Part shown: positions 23,926 through 35,200 of the stretch, piece after piece
Layout of the letters: the number at the start of each line of letters is the position of its first letter
Numbering within the stretch: the first letter of the stretch is position 1
NCBI GenBank assembly: GCA_965178125.1
Contig: OZ237758.1
Location: 186,001-250,000, forward strand
Length of the DNA stretch: 64,000 nucleotides
Reading direction: 5' to 3'
Source: Bilabrum cf. latius
Taxonomy: Eukaryota
Notes under the pieces: model-generated
Told to the model about the DNA's origin: nothing
The model's input: only the letters and a program-made list of their open reading frames with translations
Databases searched by the model: none
Translations under genes and position numbers: made by a program

Positions 23926-26358
23926 ATGCAATGTATCGCTCGACCGAACAGATCCCGCTCCGCATTTGCTTGCATTAGAACCTTGCAGCACCGACTACTA
24001 GCACGGAAGGCAGTGGCTAACAGTCCGGGCGCATCGTGGATGCAACGTCGGCTTATCAGTGCACGCTCGCACAATCTATCTGACGCATCTGCTCAAGTTA
24101 GGTCGAGCTCTCCCCGGGAAATAGAAAATTTACAGTGGTGGAAGCACGGTTTGACTGCATCAGTCCCTTCTCAGGCGGACACTGAGCGGTTAGTGGACTT
24201 GTGGCGACCGTACACGTCAATCGATCCAATCCAGGCCCACGGCGATGGCTTGCAATCGATATCCGTCTAGTGCCGGCGCTTTTCTGCTACATCTGCTATT
24301 GATGCCGGCGTGACTACGGCGAGGGCTCTGCTGCTGCAAAGTGGAGCAAAGGTGGACGAGCTAGCGTTTGTCTGCCTAGTGCAAGCATCCGAGAAAGAGC
24401 GCGAAGCCGTGCAGGAACTCTTGAACACAATACGATAGCCAGCTATGATATGCAGTGCATTGATGCAAGGATTTGGTCACAACGAGAGCGATAAATTCAC
24501 CTCTGGTGCGCTGGTGATCGGGATCCGCCTTCCGCCGGGCGCATCGGCGCACCCAATCGAGCTGCACGGCTGGGAGGGCTCCTTGCCCTCCATCCAGGGC
24601 GGGTGGATGTCCCGCATGCAGCAAGACCACTCAAGCCTCATGGTGGCCATGCATCCTCGGCTAGTGAGCGAATCTGTGCGTGATTTCATGCAGCGGCTTG
24701 AGACGGTGCTGCCCTCGGTGCACGTGGCGGGCATTGTCGGGATGCCCCCCAGCCAGGGCGGCGCCTCGGGCCATGCCAGGGCCAGGGCACAGATGCAGGC
24801 CATGATGGAAGGGGATGACGAGGACCAGCCGGCCCCTATCCTGCTGTCCAATCACAGGGCACTGCTCAAGGGTGCTGGCAGCGTGAAGGTTCCCGCGAGT
24901 GGGGCGCAACCCGAGGCCGAGGGTAAGCCAGAGGCGCTGCGTAAGGATCACAGGGATGCGTCAAGAGAAGGAGACACAGGGAGTAGAGAGGTGATATCTT
25001 GCGTGGGGCTTGTGTTCGACGGGGTGGGCGGGCGGAGCCCCGACGGGTCTGTTGCTGGCAGCGCTGCATCTACGGGTGGGGCCCATGCCTCTGCTCCAGC
25101 TTCTGCTCCCATCTCCCACTCCAGTTTCTCCAGCCTGGTACCCCGGATGGGAGACGCAGTCGCCTCTGTGCTGATCAACTCTGCCATGGACCAGTCGCAG
25201 CTGGGCCTGGAGCAGGCCGGGGTGTAGAGGCCCGGTCACGTGGCCGATCTAGAAGAAAGGCTTTACGTCGCTGGCACGATAGAGAGGCCGGGGCACTGGG
25301 AATGCGAGCAACACGATGGAGGCAATACCAGTTCCACCGCGAGCGAGGGGACGGGAGGCGAGAAGGGAGCAGCCGGTGCTGACGGTGGGGCGGACGATCT
25401 CAACATCTCGGAGCTGGCTCGGCGCGCCTTCGAGAAGCAGGCCAGGCGGCGGGAGGTCGAGGCCAGGCTAAGGAAGCGCTTCGGGCGAGATGCAGTCAGC
25501 TGCGGGTGGACGCACATGGCCCCTTCGGCGCACGACATTAGGCACTACGATGAATTCCTGGCACGATGCCACGAGCTGAAGGGTACCGAGCCTGGCAGCG
25601 CGATGGCAGAAGTAACGACAGTCGGCCAGCCGACTTGGAACGGCGTCCCGCTGGTGCATTCGATGCTGTTTATGCTCGAGAATGCGCCCAGGGTGGGTGA
25701 GGTCCAGAGCTACCGTCTGTTCGAGCCCAGATACCGGCTGATGCTGGCCCGTCATTTCAGAGAGGGCGCTCTCATCAGCATCGCGCCCATCCCCTACATC
25801 TCGAGCTCGGTCAACTCGGGCGTTCTCACGGCCCAGCGAGCCCTCGTGCAGGGAACAGATCTGCCACAGGAGGCGAGGGACGCCCTTCTTAGCAGTGAAC
25901 CGCCACTGGAGGAGGTTGAACGCGCCGTGCTGGAGGACGGGGCGGCCGAGTACCTGAGTCGCATGCCGGCAGGCGAACTGGATGAGTGGGCCGAGATGGG
26001 CCAGGGGTGGAGGAGGATGGTGGATCAGGGGCGGAAGCCCCCCACCGAGGCGATGTGCGTGGCGGTGCGCAGCGTGCTAGGGCACGAGGTCGTGGCTGGG
26101 AACCGATTCGTGAACGTGGAGCTGGAAGGGGTCAGGCCTCTGTCCCTGCTTGACGGGCGTGCGGCTGGGGGATGCTACGGGATGATCGAAGTGCTGGGCA
26201 CGTGGGCGGAAGACAAGCAAGGTGAGGAGGGCATCCAGAATCTGGCTAGAGGAGAAGAAGAACAAGTAGTCGCGGGTGGTTCGAGCGATGTAGAGCAGGA
26301 CACTGCTGGGGAGGAGGATGTCGATGAGGAGGGCAGCGACCACGAGCAGAGAAGATGA
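23926..26358 (+). CDS. Protein with a Lon N-terminal (substrate-binding)-like domain, about 810 aa, possible mitochondrial presequence
   Basis: One frame with TAG at 24268, 24436 and 25225. The motif YRLFEPRYRLML resembles the Lon_substr_bdg/LONRF signature. The N-terminus is Arg/Ser/Ala-rich. Ends in TGA. Confidence 0.65.
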
Positions 26359-26427
26359 GCGTGATTGAGCAAGACAGAGGAATGACTGACGAGCCATACA
26401 GCTTGTCCTAGCACTCGTCACACTTTA

Positions 26428-27935
26428 TCAAGTCAGGTCGATGATCTCGGCCCCCTGTGCTGCTTGTGCGGCGGTACCATTGTCTGCTTTGCGAGCGCCT
26501 CGGCTTTGCTTGTCCGCGCCACTACTACCCATCCCGCCCAGGCCGATTCCCGGTTGCCCCTCCAGCTTTCTATGTCCTACATCTATGTGCGATGAGGACC
26601 TTGCACTGCCATGCTCGGGCACCCCAGCCGGTGACCGCAGCTTTTCGGCTCCTGCACCACGCGCGAGCTCGGCAGAGCCACTGGCAGCCAGGCTACTGCT
26701 ACTAACAGTCCTTGCACTACTCTCTCCGCATCCCCTGTCACTGCTGCTTGCACTCGCCTTCGACTCGATAAACACGTCGTGCATGACAACCCCGCAGAAG
26801 TCCGTCCGCAGCCTGCTGTTCTTCTTGATGGCCGCGATCACCCGGCTGTGGCACACCACGGCGATGCGACCGACCCACGGGGGCAGGTGCTCCAAGCTTG
26901 CCACGAACTGCGCAAGCCGAGCGTCCACGTCTTGTGGCGACTCTCGCACGAGATCAGTGCTACGGACTTCCGTATGGCTTTGGATCGGCGGGCGGTGTGT
27001 GGGCTGTATCATAGACCCGCTTGAGGCCTAGGCAGCCCGAGCCCCGCCGGCAGCAATCGACCCTCTTTCTGCTACGGGAGTGGCACTGGACGAGGATGAG
27101 GCTCGAATGGAGCCACCTGATCCCATTGCAACTGGTAGTTGTGTTACAGGTGCGCTCTACCCGCCTGCGGTGGGTTTAGTCTCGCTCGTGCTTCTCTCGG
27201 ACTCGAGCAGGTGCACGGCGTGGATTCGGTCTCTTCTGGTGCTCGCTCGCAGCCTCCACCACCCCCGCGGCATGCATGCCGCCAAAGGTATCATATTGCG
27301 GTACAACTCTGCCGCCTGCTTGCTGGTTTGTGCATCTGCCGTAGCCCTGGGGGCTGAGGGCACTGGCACTGATGTCGTGAGCTCGGAGCTGCCTGTGTCT
27401 GCTTGTTGGCCGCCTTGCAATATGCAAGCACTGGCAGGACCAGCTGGCTCGACACGTCGTTTCGGACCACCAAATGTACGTTTTACTGCATCATGACCTA
27501 CAGGATGAATTGGATTCAGCTTGATTCCCCTAGCAAGGCTTGCTCTCCTCAGCGAGGCAGATTCCCAATCGGTTGGCACGTCCCCCGGCGTGCTTCGCCA
27601 CTCCGCTAGGTACGGCGATAGCAAGATGGAAAGTGCACTATAACGCATCTGTTCTGATGCGAGGGCGCCGTCATCGCACAAATACCCGCGCGGCACGCTG
27701 CCGGGGAAAATCTGGGACGCAGATTGCAGGGCGCGTCTCAACGGGCTCACAATGACTACGTCCGGATTGAAAGAAGCAGCCCACTTGGAACGAAGCTGCT
27801 GGCACTGAATATGCCCACGCTGTCCTAAGATTGTGTCTCTGACGTGGTAGCCAACTGTCTCGCCGTGTCGAACCAGCGCAAGTTGAATTCTCCTCGGTCT
27901 GGCTCGTTTCTGCCCCCTTCTTTCTCTTCCCCCAG
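26428..27935 (-). CDS. Histidine phosphatase (phosphoglycerate mutase family); start not determined
   Basis: LALVRHGET (about 27860-27880), VIVSPLRRALQSA, LAEW, and ESPQDVDARL..IAVVCHSRVI are all in one frame. TAGs at 27157 and 27028 lie between the RHG motif and the second catalytic His. Ends in TGA. Confidence 0.8.
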
Positions 27936-28091
27936 CCTACCCACCCCGCTGTAGAAACTCAACGAGGGTTCCCTACGTTTTATTCCTATTCCTTCCGATT
28001 GCGTGCTAAATCCAGTTGATGGAGCCTAATGTGCCGTGTTCCGGTGTGGATCCTCTAGTGCAACTGCTGCACGCATCGTCAGACTCACCCA

Positions 28092-29324
28092 ATGCATCGG
28101 CAATGCATTGCATCGATGCGATGTATCACAGCTAAACCAAAGCTTTGGGGGTGTCTGGGCCGTGTGCATCGCAGTGTTGGGGGCGTGCGAGCCTTCGGCA
28201 CCACCAGCCCGCAGATTCAAGACTTTGTCGATAGGAATTTCTCAGTGACGCCCGACCAGATACAAGAATACAGGCAGAACGGATACATCGTTTTGCGCAA
28301 TTTCGTAAAGGAGCCACAGCTGCAGGCCTGGCGGGCGGCTGTGGATGCTGCGGTGGAAGATCGCGGTGACCAGAGATTCGCAACGGGCGAAGAAGACAAG
28401 ACGAACGTAGACGAAGACTATTACCAAACAGTATTCACATAGAGAGTAAACCTCTGGCAGACGAGCGCGGCAGTGGCCGACTTATGGGAAAGCGCCGGTC
28501 CGACGATCGGCCGCGTTGCATGCGACCTGGAGGGCTGCGAGGGCATGCGGGTGTGGCACGACCAGGCGCTTATCAAGCAGCCACACGCAAGCGCCACGAG
28601 CCCGCACACCGACAATCCCTACTGGTCCTTCTCTAGTTTCCACGCCATCAGCCTGTGGGTGGCCCTGGACGACGCCACCGCCGAGAACGGCGCGCTCTAC
28701 TTCGAGCCCGGCTCGCACAGGATGCTCGCTTCGGGCCTGGGGGCCGGAGCAAGTGCTCGGGCCGACTGCGACCCCTTCGAGGAAGTCAAGATAGGCGCCG
28801 ATACGGAGGCGATCTATCGCCGGTTTCCGGGGCTCAGATCACTTGGTGGCAGTGGTGGGGGAGGACAGGCGTGCGTCAAGGCGAGTCCAAGGGAGATGAA
28901 GGCGGGTGACGTGTCCTTCCACAATGGCCTCACCGTGCACGGGGCAGGCCCCAACCGGACAGGGAACACCCGCCGCGCCATGACTCTGCAGATGATGCCA
29001 GCGGGGAGGAGAGTACCCATGCTAGACGGGGCGGGCAATGATGTGCCCATCGCGCCCCGCTGGCTCGAACGGGACGCGACACGGCTCTCGGGACGGCTGT
29101 CCCAGGTGGCCTTCGAGGGCGTGTTCAACGGCAAGCAGAACATCCTGTCGGACCGAACGTTCGCGAACCTGGAGGTCGGTGACCCGCTCATTCCGGAGGA
29201 CTTCCACGGGGCTGAGTTCGTCGCCGGCCGGGAGGATGGCGCGCGGCGCCGGTTCCGCACGATGAGTCCGAAGGAGATCGAGGCGGCTGCGCCAGGTGAC
29301 TTGCACCCGCTATTGCATTTTTGA
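28092..29324 (+). CDS. Phytanoyl-CoA dioxygenase (PhyH) family Fe/2OG dioxygenase, 410 aa
   Basis: QIQEYRQNGYIVLRNF, VFT[TAG 28440]RVNLW, WHDQALIK, PHTDNPYW (HxD), WVALDDATAENGAL, FHNGLTVHGAGPN, RRAMT. The N-terminus is presequence-like. Ends in TGA. Confidence 0.9.
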
Positions 29325-29507
29325 CCAGCAACCGCACCATCTTGCTGCTGTCCAGGCGCGTGAAGTCCAAGTGGCGCGAATCTCCAGTGCTCAATTTCGC
29401 GGCTTTTAAATGCGCCAACACTGAATACTGGTAGCTGCGTCGGCTCTCGCAAACACCCCGCCGGGACAAGACCACCTCGCTTAGCCGTCATCCATCGCTT
29501 CCTATCC

Positions 29508-31067
29508 TTGGCCCACCCGTGATGCGGAGCCCCTAGTGCCATCACTGCTCCGCGAGATATTGGCCCACCCGTGATACGGAGCCCCTAGTGCCTTCACTGC
29601 TCCGCGAGATATTGGCCCACCCGTGATACGGAGCCCCTAGTGCCTTCACTGCTCCGCGAGATATTGGCCCACCCGTGATGCGGAGTCCCTAGTGCCTTCA
29701 CTGCTCCGCGAGATATTGGCCCACCCGTGATGCGGAGTCCCTAGTGCCTTCACTGCTCCGCGAGATATTGGCCCACCCGTGATACGGAGTCCCTAGTGCC
29801 TTCACTGCTCCGCGAGATATTGGCCCACCCGTGATACGGAGCCCCTAGTGCTTTCACTGCTCCGCGAGATATTGGCCCACCCGTGATGCGGAGTCCCTAG
29901 TGCCTTCACTGCTCCGCGAGATATTGGCCCACCCGTGATACGGAGCCCCTAGTGCTTTCACTGCTCCGCGAGATATTGGCCCACCGGTGATACGGAGTCC
30001 CTAGTGCCTTCACTGCTCCGCGAGATATTGGCCCACCCGTGATACGGAGTCCCTAGTGCCTTCACTGCTCCGCGAGATATTGGCCCACCCGTGATACGGA
30101 GTCCCTAGTGCCTTCACTGCTCCGCGAGATATTGGCCCACCCGTGATACGGAGTCCCTAGTGCTTTCACTGCTCCGCGAGATATTGGCCCACCCGTGATA
30201 CGGAGTCCCTAGTGCTTTCACTGCTCCGCGAGATATTGGCCCACCCGTGATACGGAGCCCCTAGTGCCTTCACTGCTCCGCGAGATATTGGCCCACCCGT
30301 GATACGGAGTCCCTAGTGCCTTCACTGCTCCGCGAGATATTGGCCCACCCGTGATACGGAGTCCCTAGTGCCTTCACTGCTCCGCGAGATATTGGCCCAC
30401 CCGTGATGCGGAGTCCCTAGTGCCTTCACTGCTCCGCGAGATATTGGCCCACCCGTGATGCGGAGCCCCTAGTGCCTTCACTGCTCCGCGAGATATTGGC
30501 CCACCCGTGATACGGAGCCCCTAGTGCCTTCACTGCTCCGCGAGATATTGGCCCACCCGTGATACGGAGCCCCTAGTGCCTTCACTGCTCCGCGAGATAT
30601 TGGCCCACCCGTGATGCGGAGTCCCTAGTGCTTTCACTGCTCCGCGAGATATTGGCCCACCCGTGATACGGAGTCCCTAGTGCCTTCACTGCTCCGCGAG
30701 ATATTGGCCCACCCGTGATACGGAGCCCCTAGTGCCTTCACTGCTCCGCGAGATATTGGCCCACCCGTGATACGGAGTCCCTAGTGCCTTCACTGCTCCG
30801 CGAGATATTGGCCCACCCGTGATACGGAGTCCCTAGTGCCTTCACTGCTCCGCGAGATATTGGCCCACCCGTGATGCGGAGTCCCTAGTGCCTTCACTGC
30901 TCCGCGAGATATTGGCCCACCCGTGATACGGAGTCCCTAGTGCCTTCACTGCTCCGCGAGATATTGGCCCACCCGTGATACGGAGTCCCTAGTGCTTTCA
31001 CTGCTCCGCGAGATATTGGCCCACCCGTGATACGGAGTCCCTAGTGCCTTCACTGCTCCGCGAGATA
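29508..31067. repeat. Minisatellite: 30 tandem copies of a 52-bp unit TTGGCCCACCCGTGAT(A/G)CGGAG(T/C)CCCTAGTGC(C/T)TTCACTGCTCCGCGAGATA
   Basis: 1560 bp = 30 x 52, head-to-tail with no spacers. Variation is almost confined to three biallelic positions. Confidence 0.97.
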
Positions 31068-32230
31068 AAACCATTTGTATTGCTGCTAGCACCATTCGCA
31101 GAGATCGCCTCCTGGCCGGCTTCATCTTCGTACCCGTCGCTTGCAGAAGCATCGTCGCTTGGGCCCGACCCCGACCCTAATCCTGATCCTGATCCTGATC
31201 CTGATCCTGATCCAGTCTGTACGATCCCACCCGAGGCAGGGGCAGGGGCAGGGGCAGGGGCAGGGGCAGCCTCACCGTCCTCACCGTCCATTCCCTGAGC
31301 TCCAGTACCTGCTGCTAGCTGCAACGATGCACCTCCCGCCACGTGCCCCGCTCCGATTTCCCCAGCTCCCTCGCCCCTACTGCTATTGCAACTGCTACTG
31401 GCCCCGCCGGCTGGAGCGCCGGCTGGAGCGCCGTGCAAGGGCGCGAGGAGATCATCGTACCGCGGGAAGGTGCGGTCTCCTCTAGGCAGGTGGGAGGGCC
31501 AGTCGGGCCCGCACCAGCACAGGTAGTACGCTTCCTGCTGCAGGATCGGCTCGAATCGGCGGGCCAATACTGCCAGTTGCTGCATGCGGCTGTGGCTCTG
31601 TGGATGCAGGGGGCCGAGGTCCGGCACCGCCTCGGTGCAGACCGACTGCAGCTGGCGCACTCGGCTCAGCACAGGGTCGGCCTGCACGTGCTCCCACCGT
31701 CGACGAACCAGTTCATCCAGCGAGTTTGGTGCATTTGCCTGGTCAGCCTCTACATTGCTGCTGCCGCTTGTTGTCGCAGTCGATGGCGAGTCGTCGGGCG
31801 GGGATGGTCCCCGTGGACGGCTGCTGCCAGAGCTGACACGCCTTCGTTTGGAGGCGCGCTCCCTACCACTTCCTGCCAGTGACGAACCGAGCGGTGAGCT
31901 TGCATCTTCTTGTGCAAGCTCGGGGAAAATCTCGCAAACGTCCGGAGCCTCCACGGCCTGCCCGCACTGGTCTGCCAGTCTAGCGAGCAAATGCAAATTG
32001 TAGTGCAGTGCCTGGGAGGTAGCTCGTATAGCTGCCTCATGCGTGGTCCTGGTACCCATACAACTGGGAAGCTGGGCAGCAATATTCAGAAGCTCCAGTT
32101 GCTGCAACAGGCTCGCATTTTCCTTCAAAATTTCGTCTACGTCTGCATGACTCAGGATTGGGGTCCCTCCTAAGGCTGCTGGAAGGGCACATATATGCTT
32201 TCCGCAGCTTGGCAAGTCAACACTCGCCAT
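30998..32230 (-). CDS. Protein with an SSXT/SS18 N-terminal (SNH)-like domain, 410 aa; 3' end runs into the tandem array
   Basis: VDEILKENASLLQQL...SQALHYNLHLLARLADQ resembles the SS18/GIF motif (MLDEN..LI...QQ.LH.NL.YLA.IAD). The remainder is low complexity. Confidence 0.6.
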   Translation of the reverse strand: MASVDLPSCGKHICALPAALGGTPILSHADVDEILKENASLLQQLELLNIAAQLPSCMGTRTTHEAAIRATSQALHYNLHLLARLADQCGQAVEAPDVCEIFPELAQEDASSPLGSSLAGSGRERASKRRRVSSGSSRPRGPSPPDDSPSTATTSGSSNVEADQANAPNSLDELVRRRWEHVQADPVLSRVRQLQSVCTEAVPDLGPLHPQSHSRMQQLAVLARRFEPILQQEAYYLCWCGPDWPSHLPRGDRTFPRYDDLLAPLHGAPAGAPAGGASSSCNSSRGEGAGEIGAGHVAGGASLQLAAGTGAQGMDGEDGEAAPAPAPAPAPASGGIVQTGSGSGSGSGSGLGSGSGPSDDASASDGYEDEAGQEAISANGASSNTNGFISRSSEGTRDSVSRVGQYLAEQ

Positions 32231-32855
32231 GATTGATTGTTGGCAGACAATTTTGCTCCTAAACTAGAATTCGCTTTAGTGACGTGTAGTTTGACACCGA
32301 GAACTGCATTCTCATCGGTCGGTGGGGGTGGTCGTTCACGAAGAAGCGGCTGACAAGCGAGCTTCTATCGGTTCTTCTTCGGCTGGATGGTCGAATTCGC
32401 TATCGTAGGGGTAGCTGGCACAGTATCGTTCGCTCACGTATCCCGAATAGGCCAGCTGCTCGCATCGACACTGCCGCAGTGCTCAATCGCTTTGCTACCT
32501 GTCCATCCGTCTCGTTGGGACAGAGAAGCCGAGAGGATCGCAGCAGAGACTAAGTGAGACTATTTTGTTTGCAATCAATCCTTTTTGGTAGGCTGTCGCC
32601 GACAGTGCTTGCCAATCACGCAGCGAATGTTTCTGGTTTCCGTTCAGACCATTTGATGTCACTACCACCCTACTTATATCCTTCGCCCACCGGTCGTGCA
32701 GGACCCCAGTATCTGAGTTAAAGCCCCCGGTCGTCTACATTCCAGGCGGTCGCTTGATCGGAGGGGAGTGGGAGTTCCTAGAGCTAGCAGCAACTAGGTA
32801 CGGCGTTCGCTGCGACTTGGACCCCCACGAATTAAGGGCACACGCAAGAAAGCAC

Positions 32856-33737
32856 ATGGCAGAAGCAAGTAGAGTAGAAAGCTAGCGAGCTCTCGCCGCG
32901 GATTTGATGTCAAGGCGAGGGAAGAAAGCTCTAATCATTGTTGACGTACAGAACGACTTCTGCGATGGTGGTGCCCTCGCAGTCCCTGGTGGTAGCGAGG
33001 TGGTGCCTGTGGTAAATACTCTTAGGCATGCTGTAGGATGGGATTTAGTCGTGTTAACGTAGGACTTCCATCCTCCGGATCACGTTTCGTTTGCTAGCAA
33101 TAACGACGGAGCGAAGCTCTTTGAGACACGAACCCTGCCTTCTGTGGGCGAGCAAGTCATGTGGCCGAACCACTGCGTGCAAGGTACCGACGGCTGCAAG
33201 TTTCACCCTGATTTGGAGCGCGCGGGCAGCGACGTCATCGTGCAGAAGGGAAAGGTGCGCGAGGTGGATTCCTACAGCGGCTTTGGAGACGCCTCAGAGG
33301 GGCACGAGAAGGAGAAGACCGAGCTTGAGCACGTGCTTCGAGAGAAGGGAGTGACCGACGTGTTTGTGGCGGGCCTGGCTGCGGATTTTTGCGTCGCGTT
33401 TACCGCGAAGGACGCGGCCAAGGCGGGGTTCCGGACGTACCTGGTGCGGGATGGCACGCGGGGCATCACGGAGGACGGCACCGAGAAGGAGTGGTCTGAG
33501 GCGAAGGGGCTCGGCGTGCAGCTGATCGATAGCTCGGAGGTGCCGTCCACCGCTGTGGATGCGCTGGTAAAGGCCGAGGTGGGCGGTGAAGGGCTGGGGG
33601 AAGGGGTGGAAGTTGGGGAAACAGAATCTGCAGCAGCTACCGGTGGAGCGGCGAGCAAATCGGGTGCCAGCATGGAGGAAGGGAAGGAGGCAGCTAATAG
33701 TGGTTCTGGCGAGGCTTCAAAGGAGGAATCAACGTAA
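32856..33737 (+). CDS. PNC1: Nicotinamidase/pyrazinamidase (isochorismatase family), 293 aa
   Basis: ALIIVDVQNDFCDGGALAV, VVLT[TAG 33060]DFHPPDHVSFAS, WPNHCVQGT, QKG...DSYSGF, GLAADFCVAFTAKDA. There is a further TAG at 32883, with an alternative ATG at 32907. Ends in TAA. Confidence 0.93.
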
Positions 33738-34107
33738 GGTGACTTGAAAGCTCCCTGTAGCCTATGCTCCACATGTGTCCGCTCGCGCTGCACTTGAAGC
33801 GAAGTCATAGTCTCGCCCCGCTCGCATCGAACCTTTTTAGTGCCACAACAAGCCGAATCAATCACTGCTATTCTCTCGTGGCATGTCGGAGTGACAGGCG
33901 CTGAATGCCTTGAAAAAAAACGGAAATGAAAGAGCCCCTGATTCGATTTCGCAACCACCAACACGGAACGAGGCCAGACCTGCATTTTGCAGGCAGTTCG
34001 CTCGCCCCTGCTGCTCCCATTTGCGAACAGCGAGACCTTTTCACTCGATCGCGTTGGCGCATGCTAGCTATAGCGCCTCTGCAAACAAGCCACGTGCCAG
34101 ACCCAGC

Positions 34108-34882
34108 TCAGGCACCCTCCTCATCCTCCTCCTCCTCCTCCTCCTCGTCGGCGCCGGCGGCAGAGCCAGTGGCGGCCTCGATCTTGGCAAGAGCCTTGGC
34201 GGCAGCGGCCCGGGCGATCCGGTCCAGGTCCCTCTTTCCCTGGTTGGTCAAGTAGCGGCCCAACTTGATGGCGCCGAACTCCTCCTGGTCCTCCTCGTCC
34301 TCGCGGTCCTCCTCCTTCATGGCAAGCACGCCGGCGCTCTGCAGGGCATGCAGAGCGTCGCGGATCACCTTTCGCGAGGCGCGCACGGTGCGCGGCCTGT
34401 GCGTGTCCCCGTGCTTCTGGCCGCCGAACTTGCGGGCCAGGGCGCCAACACCGCTGCCAGGGTTGATGTACATCTGGCGAGCGACGGCAGCGACGCGCGT
34501 GTAGAACCAATCACCATCCAAAGGAGCAAGTTCCTTGTGGTGCCCGGTCTTGGCGTACTCAACATACTTGGGGAGCTCCACGGCCGCAGTCTCCTTCAAG
34601 TGGGCGGCGTACTCAGCAATGAACTCGGCGGCAGACACGTCCTTGACGCTGGTTCCGGCCGGGCGAATAGGGGCACCTGCAATTTAGTACAAAGCGCGAA
34701 AAAATGTTGGCATATTTGATCCAAGTCACACGATCAGGTACAGTTCGCAACAGCAACCACGCCGCTCGTGCAGCCTTCATGTCTTTTTGCAGCCGTGTAT
34801 GCATCTTGCACGAAAACCAAATCCAGAAACTAAGCATTAAGTTCAATATGTTGTGCTCACCCTCGTAGTGGTATGCCTCCAT
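34108..34882 (-). CDS. RPS19: 40S ribosomal protein eS19, 196 aa, 2 exons (34882-34861, 34676-34108), acidic tail
   Basis: SVKDVSAAEFI..YAAHLK...KTGHHKELAP...WFYTRVAAVARQMY...GVGAL..KFGG...GRYLTNQGKRDLDRIA. GTGAGC...TTGCAG intron at 34677-34860. Ends in TGA. Confidence 0.95.
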
Positions 34883-35200
34883 GATGTATAACCTCCTCGA
34901 AACGTGAATTTCGAGCCGCTGGCCGGCTGGTGGTTGCACGGATCGGATCCGCTGTCGCCGCGCACAAAGCGGAACCTCATGACCAACCAGGCTTGACTCT
35001 CGTTGGAGCCCGCAACACACAATCCTGTACAGTAGCCGGAAGAAATCGAATTACTGTAGCATACATTAGGGCGCTAGCTTCCCGATTGCTTACTGCACCG
35101 CTGATTTCTTGCCGAAATTCACGCTGTTTCCCTTGACTAGCAACTGTACAACACCCAATCTGGACCAAAGCGACCGATTCGTCCAACATACGCTCAGCTG

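Noticed and set aside
29508-31067. CRISPR array
   Set aside because: Units are contiguous and near-identical with no unique spacers. There are no cas genes and the context is eukaryotic.
32231-32855. tRNA (for example a suppressor tRNA-CUA) or other ncRNA in the larger intergenic gaps
   Set aside because: I recognised no cloverleaf or T-loop/anticodon arrangement by eye here, at 57420-58080, or at 4360-4700. A tRNAscan-SE run is still needed.
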